A stretch of 37,358 nt of DNA from a virus. Taxonomy: Duplodnaviria > Caudoviricetes. The position numbers and the translations under genes were made by a program. The DNA lies in IMG/VR virus record IMGVR_UViG_3300043414_000188, positions 1-37,358 of that record; one strand, 5' to 3'. Of the stretch, positions 16,324 through 26,217 are shown one piece after another. Position 1 is the first letter of the stretch. The number at the start of each line of letters is the position of its first letter. The notes beneath the pieces were generated by a model that was not told where the DNA came from, made no database searches, and saw only the letters and a list, made by a program, of their open reading frames with translations.

Positions 16324-16992
16324 ATGGCTACTATTGCAATCACAGCCCTTCCCGTTGCAACTGCTGCTGCCGTTGCTGATGTCTTGCCAATTGTGCAAGG
16401 CGGCACAACTAAACAGCTTACCAACGCGCTGCTGTTTACCAGCCCCACATTGGTAACGCCTGCACTTGGTACTGTTGCAAGCGGCAACATCAGTGCTTGT
16501 ACCAGTACAAGTATGGTTATGGTTACGCCAGTATTGGGTACGCCAACAAGCGGTAATTTGTCAAATTGCACTAGCACCAGTATGGTCATGGTTACGCCAG
16601 TAATCGGTGCGGCCACAGGCACAAGCCTAACAGCCACGGGCGCTATTGTGTCAACTGGCACGGCAGGTGTAGGCTATGCCACAGGAGCAGGCGGCGCGGT
16701 TACGCAACTGACCAGCCGCACCACAGGCGTAACGCTTAACAAGACAGCAGGCGCAATTACCATGTTTAGCGCAGCGGGTACAACAACTGCGGCAACTTTT
16801 ACGGTAACCAACAGCACTGTAGCGGCAACTGATGTCATCATCTTGAACCAAAAATCAGGCACTGACTTGTACGACTTGATGGTCACTGCGGTAGCAGCGG
16901 GTAGTTTCAACGTTACATTCCGCACCACGGGTGGCACGACCACAGAAACGCCCGTATTTAACTTTGCTGTGATCAAAGCAGTTGCTGCCTGA
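16324..16992 (+). CDS. Fibre-like structural protein with 23-aa repeats
   Basis: N-domain like that of 9928, two SGN.S.CTSTSMVMVTPV.G repeats, C-domain like 14964. Confidence 0.75.
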   Translation: MATIAITALPVATAAAVADVLPIVQGGTTKQLTNALLFTSPTLVTPALGTVASGNISACTSTSMVMVTPVLGTPTSGNLSNCTSTSMVMVTPVIGAATGTSLTATGAIVSTGTAGVGYATGAGGAVTQLTSRTTGVTLNKTAGAITMFSAAGTTTAATFTVTNSTVAATDVIILNQKSGTDLYDLMVTAVAAGSFNVTFRTTGGTTTETPVFNFAVIKAVAA

Positions 16993-18632
16993 TGAAAACG
17001 TCGATTCTTGGAAGCACATACGTTGCACGTAGCGTCAATGCTGCTGATGCGCGGATGGTCAACCTGTTCCCCGAGATCGTGCCCGAGGCAGGCAAGGAGC
17101 CGGCGTTTTTAAACCGTGCCCCTGGGTTAAATTTACTTTCAACAATAGGCACTGGTCCGATCCGTGGCCTGTGGGCGTTCTCACCCAATGACGGCATTGC
17201 TTTTGTTGTGTCAGGCACACAGCTTTACAAGATTGACAATGCTTATGTAGCTACACTGCTTGGCACGGTGGCTGGCACTGGCCCTGTCAGTTTGGCCGAC
17301 AACGGCACCCAGTTGTTTATTGCGGCCAACGGTCCAAGCTACATCTACAACAACACCACAAACGTTTTTGGTCAAATTACTGACGTTGACTTCCCAGGCG
17401 CTGCGACTGTCTGCTATCTGGACGGTTATTTTGTGTTCAACGAACCCAACAGTCAGTTAATGTGGGTGACGCAGTTGCTGGACGGTACATCCATTGACCC
17501 GCTTGAGTTTGCTAGCACTGAAGGCTCACCAGACGGCCTGCTTGCCGTAGCATCCAACTTCCGCGAAGTGTGGGCCTTTGGCACCAACTCAATTGAGGTT
17601 TGGTACGACAGTGGTGCCACAGACTTTCCTTTGCAGCGCATTCAAGGTGCTTTTAACGAGTTAGGCTGCGCGGCTCCCTTTTCTATAGCCAAGATGGACA
17701 ACGGCATTTTTTGGCTTGGCCGTGACCGCCGTGGTCAAGGTATTGTCTACCGCGCCAACGGCTATTCGGGCGTTCGCATTTCTACCCATGCTGTTGAATG
17801 GCAGATTCAGCAGTACGCTGATTTAACAGACGCTATTGCGTACACCTACCAACAGGACGGCCACAGCTTTTATGTGCTGATTTTTCCTAGTGCTAATACC
17901 ACTTGGGTCTACGATGCCTCTACGCAGGCATGGCACGAACGTGCAGGTTTTGCTGATGGTGAGTTTACCCGTCACCGCAGTAACTGCCAGATGGCGTTCA
18001 ACAACAAGATCGTTGTTGGCGACTTTGAAAACGGCAACATCTATGCGTTTGACTTGGACGACTACAGCGACAACAATCAAATTCAAAAATGGTTGCGTTC
18101 TTGGAGGGCGCTGCCTACTGGCACTAACAACCTCAAGCGCACCGCGCAGCACAGCTTGCAACTGGACTGCGAAACAGGCGTGGGGCTAAATTTGTACCCT
18201 GGGTATGACAGCGAAAACATAGATACTGAGTCAGGATTAAATCTTGTTGCAGAGTATGTGCAAACGTATTTGGCTACGCAATCTGGCGTCATCTTGACAA
18301 CTGAAGCAGGGGATGGTTTTGAGCCTTTGGGCCAGTATGATTTATCAGACACTGACATTACGGGATATGAGATTGTCACCAACTCTTACGCCGCTACACC
18401 GGGGTACGATCCCCAAGTCATGCTGCGCTGGTCAGACAATGGTGGGCACACATGGTCAAACGAACACTGGTCATCCATAGGCAAAATTGGCGCTTACGGT
18501 CACCGGACATTTTGGCGGCGTCTGGGCATGACAATGAAACTGCGTGACCGTGTGTACGAGCTGTCGGGAACTGACCCAGTAAAAATTACAATCATGGGCG
18601 CAGAACTTATTCTAAGTCCAACAAATGCCTAG
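16992..18632 (+). CDS. Tail hub/DNA stabilisation protein (P22 gp10-like)
   Basis: Beta-propeller pattern, AxxEGSPD, YTYQQDGHSFYVL...TWVYDA and MLRWSDNGGHTWS motifs, plus synteny. Confidence 0.88.
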   Translation: MKTSILGSTYVARSVNAADARMVNLFPEIVPEAGKEPAFLNRAPGLNLLSTIGTGPIRGLWAFSPNDGIAFVVSGTQLYKIDNAYVATLLGTVAGTGPVSLADNGTQLFIAANGPSYIYNNTTNVFGQITDVDFPGAATVCYLDGYFVFNEPNSQLMWVTQLLDGTSIDPLEFASTEGSPDGLLAVASNFREVWAFGTNSIEVWYDSGATDFPLQRIQGAFNELGCAAPFSIAKMDNGIFWLGRDRRGQGIVYRANGYSGVRISTHAVEWQIQQYADLTDAIAYTYQQDGHSFYVLIFPSANTTWVYDASTQAWHERAGFADGEFTRHRSNCQMAFNNKIVVGDFENGNIYAFDLDDYSDNNQIQKWLRSWRALPTGTNNLKRTAQHSLQLDCETGVGLNLYPGYDSENIDTESGLNLVAEYVQTYLATQSGVILTTEAGDGFEPLGQYDLSDTDITGYEIVTNSYAATPGYDPQVMLRWSDNGGHTWSNEHWSSIGKIGAYGHRTFWRRLGMTMKLRDRVYELSGTDPVKITIMGAELILSPTNA

Positions 18633-19320
18633 CCCTAATGCAAATCCAACACCGATCACGCCGCCGCGAGTGCCGCTGGTTGATCCTCGAACGGGTCTGA
18701 TTGATCGCGCTTGGTATTTGTTTTTCTTGTCACTCAACAACATTGCGTCTGCTGTTGTTGATAATGTCAATATTGGTACTGATACTGATTCTTTGCTTGC
18801 GTCCTACGATGCGGCGCTTCGCTCGGTTAATCAAGAATTGCAAACCCTGCCTCCAGTGGTTGCTTTGCCTGCGCCTGACGTATTGGGAGACTGCTGCTCC
18901 GCCTTGGTGTCTCAGACTGCTGAGATGCAAAAGCAGATTGAGGCTTTGCAGGTGCAGCCGATTGTTGACACCGCAGCTATCACTGCCGCCATTAGTGCCG
19001 CGTCATCAGCGCCTGTTACCAAGACGGCTGACTTTACGGTAGCTGCTAACGAGACTTGGCTTATCAACAACAAGTCAGGCTCAACTTGCACGGTGACCTT
19101 GCCTTTGGCGTCTGCATATTCTGGTAGGTATTTAACTTTTAAAAACTTGCAAGCGCAGACTTTGGTGTCTGCAACCAGTAACGTTGTGCTGATTGACAGC
19201 ACGACTGCTGGCACCGCAATCCTCTTGGCAGTTGTAGGAAATTGGGCGACAATGGTGTCTGACGGCACAAATTGGATCATCATGCAACAGGCCGCTAACA
19301 ACAACCTGCTATTGGAGTAA
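18625..19320 (+). CDS. Virion protein in the P22 gp26 (tail needle) position
   Basis: PRVPLVD...WYLFF N-terminus, coiled coil, C-terminal TVTLP...SDGTNW knob domain. Confidence 0.65.
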   Translation: MPSPNANPTPITPPRVPLVDPRTGLIDRAWYLFFLSLNNIASAVVDNVNIGTDTDSLLASYDAALRSVNQELQTLPPVVALPAPDVLGDCCSALVSQTAEMQKQIEALQVQPIVDTAAITAAISAASSAPVTKTADFTVAANETWLINNKSGSTCTVTLPLASAYSGRYLTFKNLQAQTLVSATSNVVLIDSTTAGTAILLAVVGNWATMVSDGTNWIIMQQAANNNLLLE

Positions 19321-19323
19321 ACC

Positions 19324-19659
19324 ATGACCGTATCAGTAAAGGTACTTGTACCCGCAAAGTTTGCCGAAGCAACGCAAACAACCCAGTACACAGCGACTGG
19401 CGTTACCGCAATTCTTGACAAGTTTACCGCAACTAACATCAGCGCGACTGCTGCCACGATCAGCGTGAACTTGGTCACCGTGTCTGGCTCGGCGGGTAAC
19501 ACCAACTTGATTACCAAGACCAAAACCTTGCAGGCGTCTGAGGTCTACACGTTCCCAGAGTTGGTTGGCCAAGTTTTGGGTGTTGGTGACTTCATCAGTA
19601 CAATTGCTGGTACTGCCAGTGCAATCAATATTCGCGTCTCTGGGCGTGAGGTGACTTGA
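19324..19659 (+). CDS. Hypothetical structural protein, 111 aa
   Basis: Beta-rich, tightly packed ORF in the tail module. Confidence 0.75.
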   Translation: MTVSVKVLVPAKFAEATQTTQYTATGVTAILDKFTATNISATAATISVNLVTVSGSAGNTNLITKTKTLQASEVYTFPELVGQVLGVGDFISTIAGTASAINIRVSGREVT

Positions 19660-20114
19660 TGAGAGTTACCTACGGCAAAGGGTTTAAGGTTGCGCCAACA
19701 GTTTCAATGATTGACAAGGTAAAAGCCTTGCAAGTTGAAGTATCAAAGCTGCCGCAATACGAACCTGAGACAAAGCATTATTTCTACGGCGGTATGTACT
19801 GCCGTGAAGTGTTTCGTCATGCCGATGTGTTAATTGTAGGAAAAGTTCACAAAAAAGAACATTTTTATTTGGTTGTTAGCGGAACCTTGGCAATTACTAC
19901 AGATGATGGTGTTCAAGAAATTAAAGGGCCGCATTTGCTTTGCAGTAAACCTGGCACAAAACGCGCTGTTTACGCCCTGACGGATGCTGTTTGTATGACG
20001 TTCCACCGAGTGGAATCGGACAACGTAGAAGATGCAGAAGTTGAGTTAGTAGAGCATGACCCAGAGTCTATGTTTAGCATAGGCAATAAAGTTAAAGTGA
20101 AGGAGTTGACATGA
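19656..20114 (+). CDS. Cupin-fold protein
   Basis: HYF..GMYCRE...GKVHKKEH...VSG...PGTKR...TFH cupin-like motifs. Confidence 0.7.
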   Translation: MMRVTYGKGFKVAPTVSMIDKVKALQVEVSKLPQYEPETKHYFYGGMYCREVFRHADVLIVGKVHKKEHFYLVVSGTLAITTDDGVQEIKGPHLLCSKPGTKRAVYALTDAVCMTFHRVESDNVEDAEVELVEHDPESMFSIGNKVKVKELT

Positions 20115-20887
20115 GTTTTATAACAGCAGCAATGATTGGGGCAGGCGGCGCCGTTCTTAGTGGAGCAATTGCATCCTCTGGCGCTAGAAGTGCGGCTGGT
20201 ACTCAAGCGGCTGCGGCTGACCGTGCGGCTGCGCTGCAAAAGGAAATGTTTGACCAGCAAATGGCCGGCCAAGAACCATTTCGTCAAGCTGGACTAACAG
20301 GTCAAAACCGATTGATGGAGTTGTTAGGTCTTGGTGGTAATGCTGGCGCGGCGGGATATGGAAAGTACGGCAGAGATTTTAATATGTCTGATTTTCAACA
20401 AGACCCAGGCTACGCATTCCGATTGTCTGAAGGTCAGAAGGCGCTGGACCGTAGTGCAGCAGCCCGTGGCGGGTTGATCTCTGGTGGCGCTTTAAAAGCT
20501 GCACAACGCTATGGTCAGGACATGGGTTCGCAAGAATTTACCAATGCGTTCAATCGTTATCAAACTAACCGCGCAAATCAACTTCAGCCATTAGGCAACT
20601 TGTTGGCATCCGGTCAATCTGCAGCGGCTAACCAAGGGTCGGCTGCGGGGCAATACGGCACCAATGCGGGAAACGCGTATATGGCGGCAGGCAATGCAAT
20701 CGGCGCGGGTCAATTAGGCGCAGCAAATACTTTGGCAGGCGGTATTCAAACTGGTATAAGTTCGTATCAAAATCAAACAAACTTTAACGATTGGATGAAT
20801 CGAAATAAATTGCAAAGCGCAGGGCCAAGTTGGGGTACACCAAACTCAAGCTCTGTGTGGCAAGGTACTTCGGATTTTATGGGGTAA
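20111..20887 (+). CDS. DNA ejection/pilot protein (P22 gp7-like)
   Basis: Gly/Ala-rich, hydrophobic N-terminus, DPGYAFRL...SAAARGGL.SG motif. Confidence 0.8.
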   Translation: MSFITAAMIGAGGAVLSGAIASSGARSAAGTQAAAADRAAALQKEMFDQQMAGQEPFRQAGLTGQNRLMELLGLGGNAGAAGYGKYGRDFNMSDFQQDPGYAFRLSEGQKALDRSAAARGGLISGGALKAAQRYGQDMGSQEFTNAFNRYQTNRANQLQPLGNLLASGQSAAANQGSAAGQYGTNAGNAYMAAGNAIGAGQLGAANTLAGGIQTGISSYQNQTNFNDWMNRNKLQSAGPSWGTPNSSSVWQGTSDFMG

Positions 20888-20890
20888 ATT

Positions 20891-22765
20891 ATGGCTAATT
20901 TAAACGCGCTTATTGCACAAGGCTATCAATTTCAACCGCCAGTAAACCCGTTTGTTCAATATGGACAAATGCAGCAGTTGGAACAAGGCCAGCAAACTAA
21001 TGAACTTAACCGCATGAAAATGCAAGAGTATCAACGTGGCATGGAAGAAAACAATGCCTTGCGCCGTCTTGACCCCGCATCTGCAACCTATTTGCAGGAT
21101 GTAACCAGAATTAGCCCTGAAAAAGGTTTTGCTTTTGCTAAATCTCAACAAGAAGCTAAAACTGCGCGGACTGAAGGGCAGATCAAAGATGTAAAATTGT
21201 TGACGGATAAATTGGCGACTACTCCCGAAATGTACAAGCAAGCATCCACACCCGAGGATTTTCTTGCCATACATCAAGCTGTACACGCTGACTCAGTGCT
21301 TGGCCCTTGGCTTAAAAGCATAGGCGCAACACCAGAAAAAGGGCTTGCTACTTTGCAGGCCGCTGCTCTAACGCCTGGTGGTTTAGAACAATATCGAATG
21401 CAAGCCATGTCAAGTGTTAATCAAATACTTGACAGCGCAAAACCTCAAATAGTTGCACCTAGCGCAAGTGTTTTTCAAAATGGTAAATTTAACCAAGCAC
21501 CAGCTGCGCCTCTTACCCCATCGCCTACAAATAAACTTTTACAAGAACGTGCTGCGTTACTGGAAAGTGGTGTACCACCAACTGATCCTCGCATTCAAGC
21601 GTATGACCAAGCACTTGCGGCTGGCGAATCTCAGTCAATGAAAATGCAACGCGAGTTGCAAATTGCTATAGCTAATAAAGCGCCGCCAGCAGTTATTGCT
21701 CAATTGCAACGAGACATAAAAAATCTGCATCCCGGCCTTGCTATGCAAAATGTGGTCGGCGTTGATGCAAACGGCAATCAAATTGTTACCCGTTTTTCTG
21801 GCGCAGGCGGTGGTTCTCAAGGTCAATTTGCATTAAATCAATCACCTACTGGAACTGCTCGCGCTATGTTAGGGTTAAGTGACACAGATTCTGCGCTTTT
21901 GTTTGGTCCTGGTGGCCCAGTAGAGTCAGGCCAAATACCTGTTGCTAAGTTAACACCCGCTAACGTCAGAATGTACGTTGCGGCTATTAAAGCTAACCCA
22001 GCGTTAAACTTAACTAACCTTAATGAAGATCAAGTATTACAAGCCTCAAAAGCTAAAGCTCAAGGCTCTATTCAAGGACAACAAACTCTAACGCTGGTTG
22101 ATAGAGAAACGGCAAAAAATGTAGCTAACGGTAACATACCGCCGCCTACTGGACCTAAATCGTCCAAAATTATGAACGAAGTTATTGCTATAAATCCAAA
22201 CTTTAAAGCCAGCGATTACGGCCTACAAACGTCAGCAGTAAAAGCGTTTAACCAAGGCATACAAGGAAATAAAGTACGCTCGCTTAACGTTGTGATGGAA
22301 CACTTTAACACGCTTGAAAAAGCTGCCGACGCGCTTCAATCTGGTGATGTACGCGCTATCAATGCCGTGTCTCAATATATTCAAACACAAACTGGAAAAC
22401 CTGCGCCAGGTAATTTTAACGCAGTCAAAGAAATTTTAGCCGATGAAATTGTTGCAGCGGTTGTGCCTGGTACAGGTGCATTAGCTGATCGTGTAGCACT
22501 TAAGAAAACAATTTTAGCCTCTGCTTCTCCAGAGCAACTTAAAGGTATAGTTGCCAACTATAAAGAATTAATTGGTGGGCAACTTACTGGACTAGAAAAA
22601 CAATATAGCGCAGGAACTGGTCGCGCTGATTTTAAATCTCGATATTTAACTTCAGCAGCCGTGCAAGGTTTAGCGCCAAGTAGTCAATATGTAGAAACCA
22701 AAACGCTTCCTGATGGGCGCACGTTAGGTAAAAAAGCCGATGGAACTGTTGAGGAGATAAAGTAA
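20891..22765 (+). CDS. Ejection protein (P22 gp20 position)
   Basis: 624 aa, Gln/Ala-rich and helical, assigned by synteny. Confidence 0.65.
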   Translation: MANLNALIAQGYQFQPPVNPFVQYGQMQQLEQGQQTNELNRMKMQEYQRGMEENNALRRLDPASATYLQDVTRISPEKGFAFAKSQQEAKTARTEGQIKDVKLLTDKLATTPEMYKQASTPEDFLAIHQAVHADSVLGPWLKSIGATPEKGLATLQAAALTPGGLEQYRMQAMSSVNQILDSAKPQIVAPSASVFQNGKFNQAPAAPLTPSPTNKLLQERAALLESGVPPTDPRIQAYDQALAAGESQSMKMQRELQIAIANKAPPAVIAQLQRDIKNLHPGLAMQNVVGVDANGNQIVTRFSGAGGGSQGQFALNQSPTGTARAMLGLSDTDSALLFGPGGPVESGQIPVAKLTPANVRMYVAAIKANPALNLTNLNEDQVLQASKAKAQGSIQGQQTLTLVDRETAKNVANGNIPPPTGPKSSKIMNEVIAINPNFKASDYGLQTSAVKAFNQGIQGNKVRSLNVVMEHFNTLEKAADALQSGDVRAINAVSQYIQTQTGKPAPGNFNAVKEILADEIVAAVVPGTGALADRVALKKTILASASPEQLKGIVANYKELIGGQLTGLEKQYSAGTGRADFKSRYLTSAAVQGLAPSSQYVETKTLPDGRTLGKKADGTVEEIK

Positions 22766-25167
22766 TGGCTGAAGACCTGCAAAAATTGTGGAACTCAGCG
22801 CCAGCGTCTCAAACTGATTTACAAACGTTGTGGGAGTCAACCCCTGGCGGTGCAGCTATGGGCAATCCATTAGCCTCGCAAAAATATGGCGGCGCACGTA
22901 AAACAACCGGCACAGAAAGCCTTGAAGCTATTGGCGGCGCTGGTGCTTTAGGCGGTGTGATGGGTTACTTTGGCCCACAAATTTTGCAAGGCGCGTCAAC
23001 ACTTGCACAAAGCGTACCTGCATTAAGGCCCATAAGCGGCGCTCTTAATGTTATGGGCCAAATGACTAAACAAGTTGGGCCAACAACCCGCGCTGTTACT
23101 GGTGGTGTTAGCGGTCTTATGGGCGAGACTTCAGGCCAAGTTGCAGAACAAATGGGTGCCGGTCCAGTTACCGCTGAAGCTGCGCGATTGGTTGGCGGCG
23201 CAATAACACCTGAATTTGCGCCATTGGCGATAAACGCATTTAAGTTGGCATTTTCTGGAAAAATGGCAACAACAGGCATAAATGTTATGAAAGATATTTA
23301 TGCTACGTTAACTAAATCAAAAGGCAGCGATTTAAGTACCGCAGAAAAACAATATGTAGAAACATTAGCCGCCAAATTGATGGGCGAACAAGACCCTAAC
23401 AAAGCCATGTTAATTCTTGGTGCAGAAATGGAAAAAGGTGCCGCTGCAACGCGCCTTGCTGCTCAAACTAAATCAACGGCTTTGCTTGACTCAGCTAATC
23501 AAGCAATGTTGGCCGCTAGACAAGCTGCTGATGCTGAACTAGGTTCGGTAGGCCAACGCCGCCAGCCTAGAACAGATGCAATTACTTATCTTACAAACTT
23601 AAAAACGGATGTATTAAACAAGGCCAGAGGCACTGTTGAAACCGTAGGTGAAAACAAACCTTTAAGCGTAATTGGTCAAGATTTGCAAACTGCCGCCGCT
23701 GCCCGTGAAGGCGAGTTAAGAACAGCCGCCGCTAAACAATACCAAGCTACAGAAACTAAAGTAAATGAAATTGTATCTGGCCGCGAATCTAAAGGCGAGT
23801 CAGTTACTTCGCTTCCCTCCTATAAGTCAATTGTTGCAAGCCTAGAACGCGAATTAAAGCCGGGTGTGCATTCTAAAGATGTGGCGGCGGCGTATCAAAA
23901 AATACTTGACCAAATAAAAACAAGTGCTGGCGGTGAAGCTACCCCAAACTTTACTTTTGACCCCGCTTCAGGCCAAATGGTTTACAGCGAAACACCAGGC
24001 GCGGCAGGTGTTGGTCCTAGCTTTCAAGCTGTAGATGATGCTCGGCGTATGCTAGGCGAGGCTTTTCGCGGTCAGGCTGATGAAGGCTACAAAGCCATTG
24101 GTCAAACTGCACAAAAGAAATATTACGGTTTGCTGTCGCAAATTCAAAAAGATTTTGCTGGCGAACCGCAAACACAGTTGCTTACCCAGTATGCTGATTC
24201 ACGCCCAGGCTTAGAAGTTTTTGGTTCAAAAGCTGGTACCAAGTTGACTGGTTTGGATAAGGGCGCGTTGACGCAATTTGCTAGCGATCCATCCAAATTG
24301 CCTGACTATTTTTTTTCTACTCCCAAAAACTATAACGCGCTTATAGAAATGGTGGGCAGCAAAGAATTAGCGCTTAAAGCGGCGCAACAATATACGGCCA
24401 ATCAATTAGCACCTAAAGAAACGTCTAAACAAGTTGGCAATTGGATGACGGCCAACCGAGAATTTTTGAACGCTGTGCCAGAAGTTAAAGATGCCGTTAT
24501 CAAATACCGTACTACGTTAGAAACTGGTGAACGCGCTGTAGCCAACATTGGCGGCGGTATTAAACAATTAAGCACGGCCAATGCTGCCATATTTAAAACC
24601 GCAAAAGATACCGCTGCTGAACAGTTGACGGTTGGTAAATTACAAGCAACCGCCGCAAAAACTGAAGCCGCAACAATTACAAAAGAAGCGGCTAAAGCAG
24701 CAGATAATATTTGGAACTCTACATCTGGCTCATTAAAAAATGTCAGAGACGCCATAGAAGGCGGCAACATGGAAAAGTGGGCGGCTATTGCGCCTGTCAT
24801 AGAACGTTCGCCTGACGCAAAAAAAGCAGTGTTTGACGCCGTGCGCCAAGTTGCATCTGAATTGGGCAGCAGCAAAGGCGTTACGCAAAAGTTTAACGAA
24901 AATATGCGCCCTGCATTAGAAAAATTTGGCATGTTAAGTAAAGATGAGGCCAACTCAATAGCCCAACAATTAGCTGCTATAGAAGCCAAACGTGTGCCTG
25001 ACAGTGAAAAATTAGGCATGGCCCGTAGGCTTTTATTGCAAGGCATTACAGCTTATTCCAGTTCACTTGGAGGCCGTGCTGGTGCGGCAGGGTTTAGTTT
25101 TGTCTCAGATATACCTACTAACCAATTAGCCCCCACCCAACAAAACCAAAACGCATTGGCAAAATAA
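22765..25167 (+). CDS. Large ejection protein (P22 gp16 position)
   Basis: 800 aa, Ala/Gly-rich with hydrophobic Gly-rich segments, last virion gene before lysis. Confidence 0.65.
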   Translation: MAEDLQKLWNSAPASQTDLQTLWESTPGGAAMGNPLASQKYGGARKTTGTESLEAIGGAGALGGVMGYFGPQILQGASTLAQSVPALRPISGALNVMGQMTKQVGPTTRAVTGGVSGLMGETSGQVAEQMGAGPVTAEAARLVGGAITPEFAPLAINAFKLAFSGKMATTGINVMKDIYATLTKSKGSDLSTAEKQYVETLAAKLMGEQDPNKAMLILGAEMEKGAAATRLAAQTKSTALLDSANQAMLAARQAADAELGSVGQRRQPRTDAITYLTNLKTDVLNKARGTVETVGENKPLSVIGQDLQTAAAAREGELRTAAAKQYQATETKVNEIVSGRESKGESVTSLPSYKSIVASLERELKPGVHSKDVAAAYQKILDQIKTSAGGEATPNFTFDPASGQMVYSETPGAAGVGPSFQAVDDARRMLGEAFRGQADEGYKAIGQTAQKKYYGLLSQIQKDFAGEPQTQLLTQYADSRPGLEVFGSKAGTKLTGLDKGALTQFASDPSKLPDYFFSTPKNYNALIEMVGSKELALKAAQQYTANQLAPKETSKQVGNWMTANREFLNAVPEVKDAVIKYRTTLETGERAVANIGGGIKQLSTANAAIFKTAKDTAAEQLTVGKLQATAAKTEAATITKEAAKAADNIWNSTSGSLKNVRDAIEGGNMEKWAAIAPVIERSPDAKKAVFDAVRQVASELGSSKGVTQKFNENMRPALEKFGMLSKDEANSIAQQLAAIEAKRVPDSEKLGMARRLLLQGITAYSSSLGGRAGAAGFSFVSDIPTNQLAPTQQNQNALAK

Positions 25168-25388
25168 TGGATACTCAACAAATTATTAATCTTGCTCTCG
25201 GCCTGATTGCCTTTCTCGGTGGCTGGGTGCTGAACAACATCACCAGAACCATCGAGCGCCTTGATACGGATGTCAGGGCCATGCCTACTAATTACGTTTC
25301 TAAAGACGATTACCGCCGAGACATTGACGACATCAAAGAGATGCTTGGCAAGATTTTTGACAAACTTGACTCAAAGGTGGACAAATGA
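25167..25388 (+). CDS. Single-TM holin/antiholin-like protein
   Basis: N-terminal TM helix followed by a coiled coil (YVSKDDY...IFDKLD). First gene of the lysis module. Confidence 0.65.
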   Translation: MDTQQIINLALGLIAFLGGWVLNNITRTIERLDTDVRAMPTNYVSKDDYRRDIDDIKEMLGKIFDKLDSKVDK

Positions 25389-25792
25389 ACCTTGATCCAG
25401 TATCAGCACTGCTTAACATTGGGGGCAAAGTCATTGATCGGCTGTGGCCTGATCCAGCCCAAGCTGCATCTGCCAAACTTGAGCTTATCAAACTTCAGCA
25501 GTCGGGTGAACTGGCGGCAATGGCAGGGCAACTGGAGATTAACAAAGTTGAAGCCGGCAGCGCGTCTGTCTTTGTCTCAGGCTGGAGGCCGTTTATTGGT
25601 TGGGTCTGTGGTGCGGCTTGCGCTTGGAATTGGATTGGTTTGAAGATTGCGCTGTTTTTGGCTGCGTACTTTGACCATCCGTTAGCTTTACAACCTGCGG
25701 ACTTGTCCGAGATGACGCCTGTTTTAATGGGTATGCTCGGCATCGGTGGCCTGCGTACAATTGAAAAACTTAACGGCGTAGCTCGGCAATGA
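25385..25792 (+). CDS. Holin, GTA 3TM-type
   Basis: EINKVEA...FVSGWRPFIGWVCG...LMGMLGIGGLRTIEK signature. Confidence 0.85.
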   Translation: MNLDPVSALLNIGGKVIDRLWPDPAQAASAKLELIKLQQSGELAAMAGQLEINKVEAGSASVFVSGWRPFIGWVCGAACAWNWIGLKIALFLAAYFDHPLALQPADLSEMTPVLMGMLGIGGLRTIEKLNGVARQ

Positions 25793-26217
25793 ACTTGTCA
25801 CCCCACTTTACCCTTGCGGAACTAACGCACACCGACCATCGTGAATTTGAAAATATTCCAAATGAAGCAGAACTTGCAAACATCAGACGCCTTGCAGAAT
25901 TTCTTGAGCAAGTCAAAACAGTACTTGGAGGCAAGCCCATCATGGTCAATTCGGCTTTCCGATCAAAAGCTGTCAATGACGCTGTGGGCAGCAAAGATTC
26001 TAGTCAGCATCGTATCGGCTGCGCTGCTGACTTTCGGGTTCCCGCTATGACCCCCAACCAAGTTGTCAAAGCCATCATTGCTGCTAATTTGCCATTCGAC
26101 CAGGTGATTAGGGAGTTTGACCGCTGGACTCACATCAGCATACCAAACTCACCTGATGCCACACCTAAAAAACAAGCACTAATAATTGACAAATCTGGCA
26201 CTCGTCAATATACGTAA
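25789..26217 (+). CDS. Endolysin, peptidase M15A (Zn endopeptidase)
   Basis: LSPHFTLAEL, SAFRS..VN.AVG, SQHRIGCAAD and WTHIS metal-binding motifs. Confidence 0.9.
   Translation: MNLSPHFTLAELTHTDHREFENIPNEAELANIRRLAEFLEQVKTVLGGKPIMVNSAFRSKAVNDAVGSKDSSQHRIGCAADFRVPAMTPNQVVKAIIAANLPFDQVIREFDRWTHISIPNSPDATPKKQALIIDKSGTRQYT

Noticed and set aside
18912-19523. Antisense ORFs over tail and ejection genes (also 16185-16661 and 24402-25046)
   Set aside because: They mirror the Thr/Ala-rich sense frames and have no independent support.
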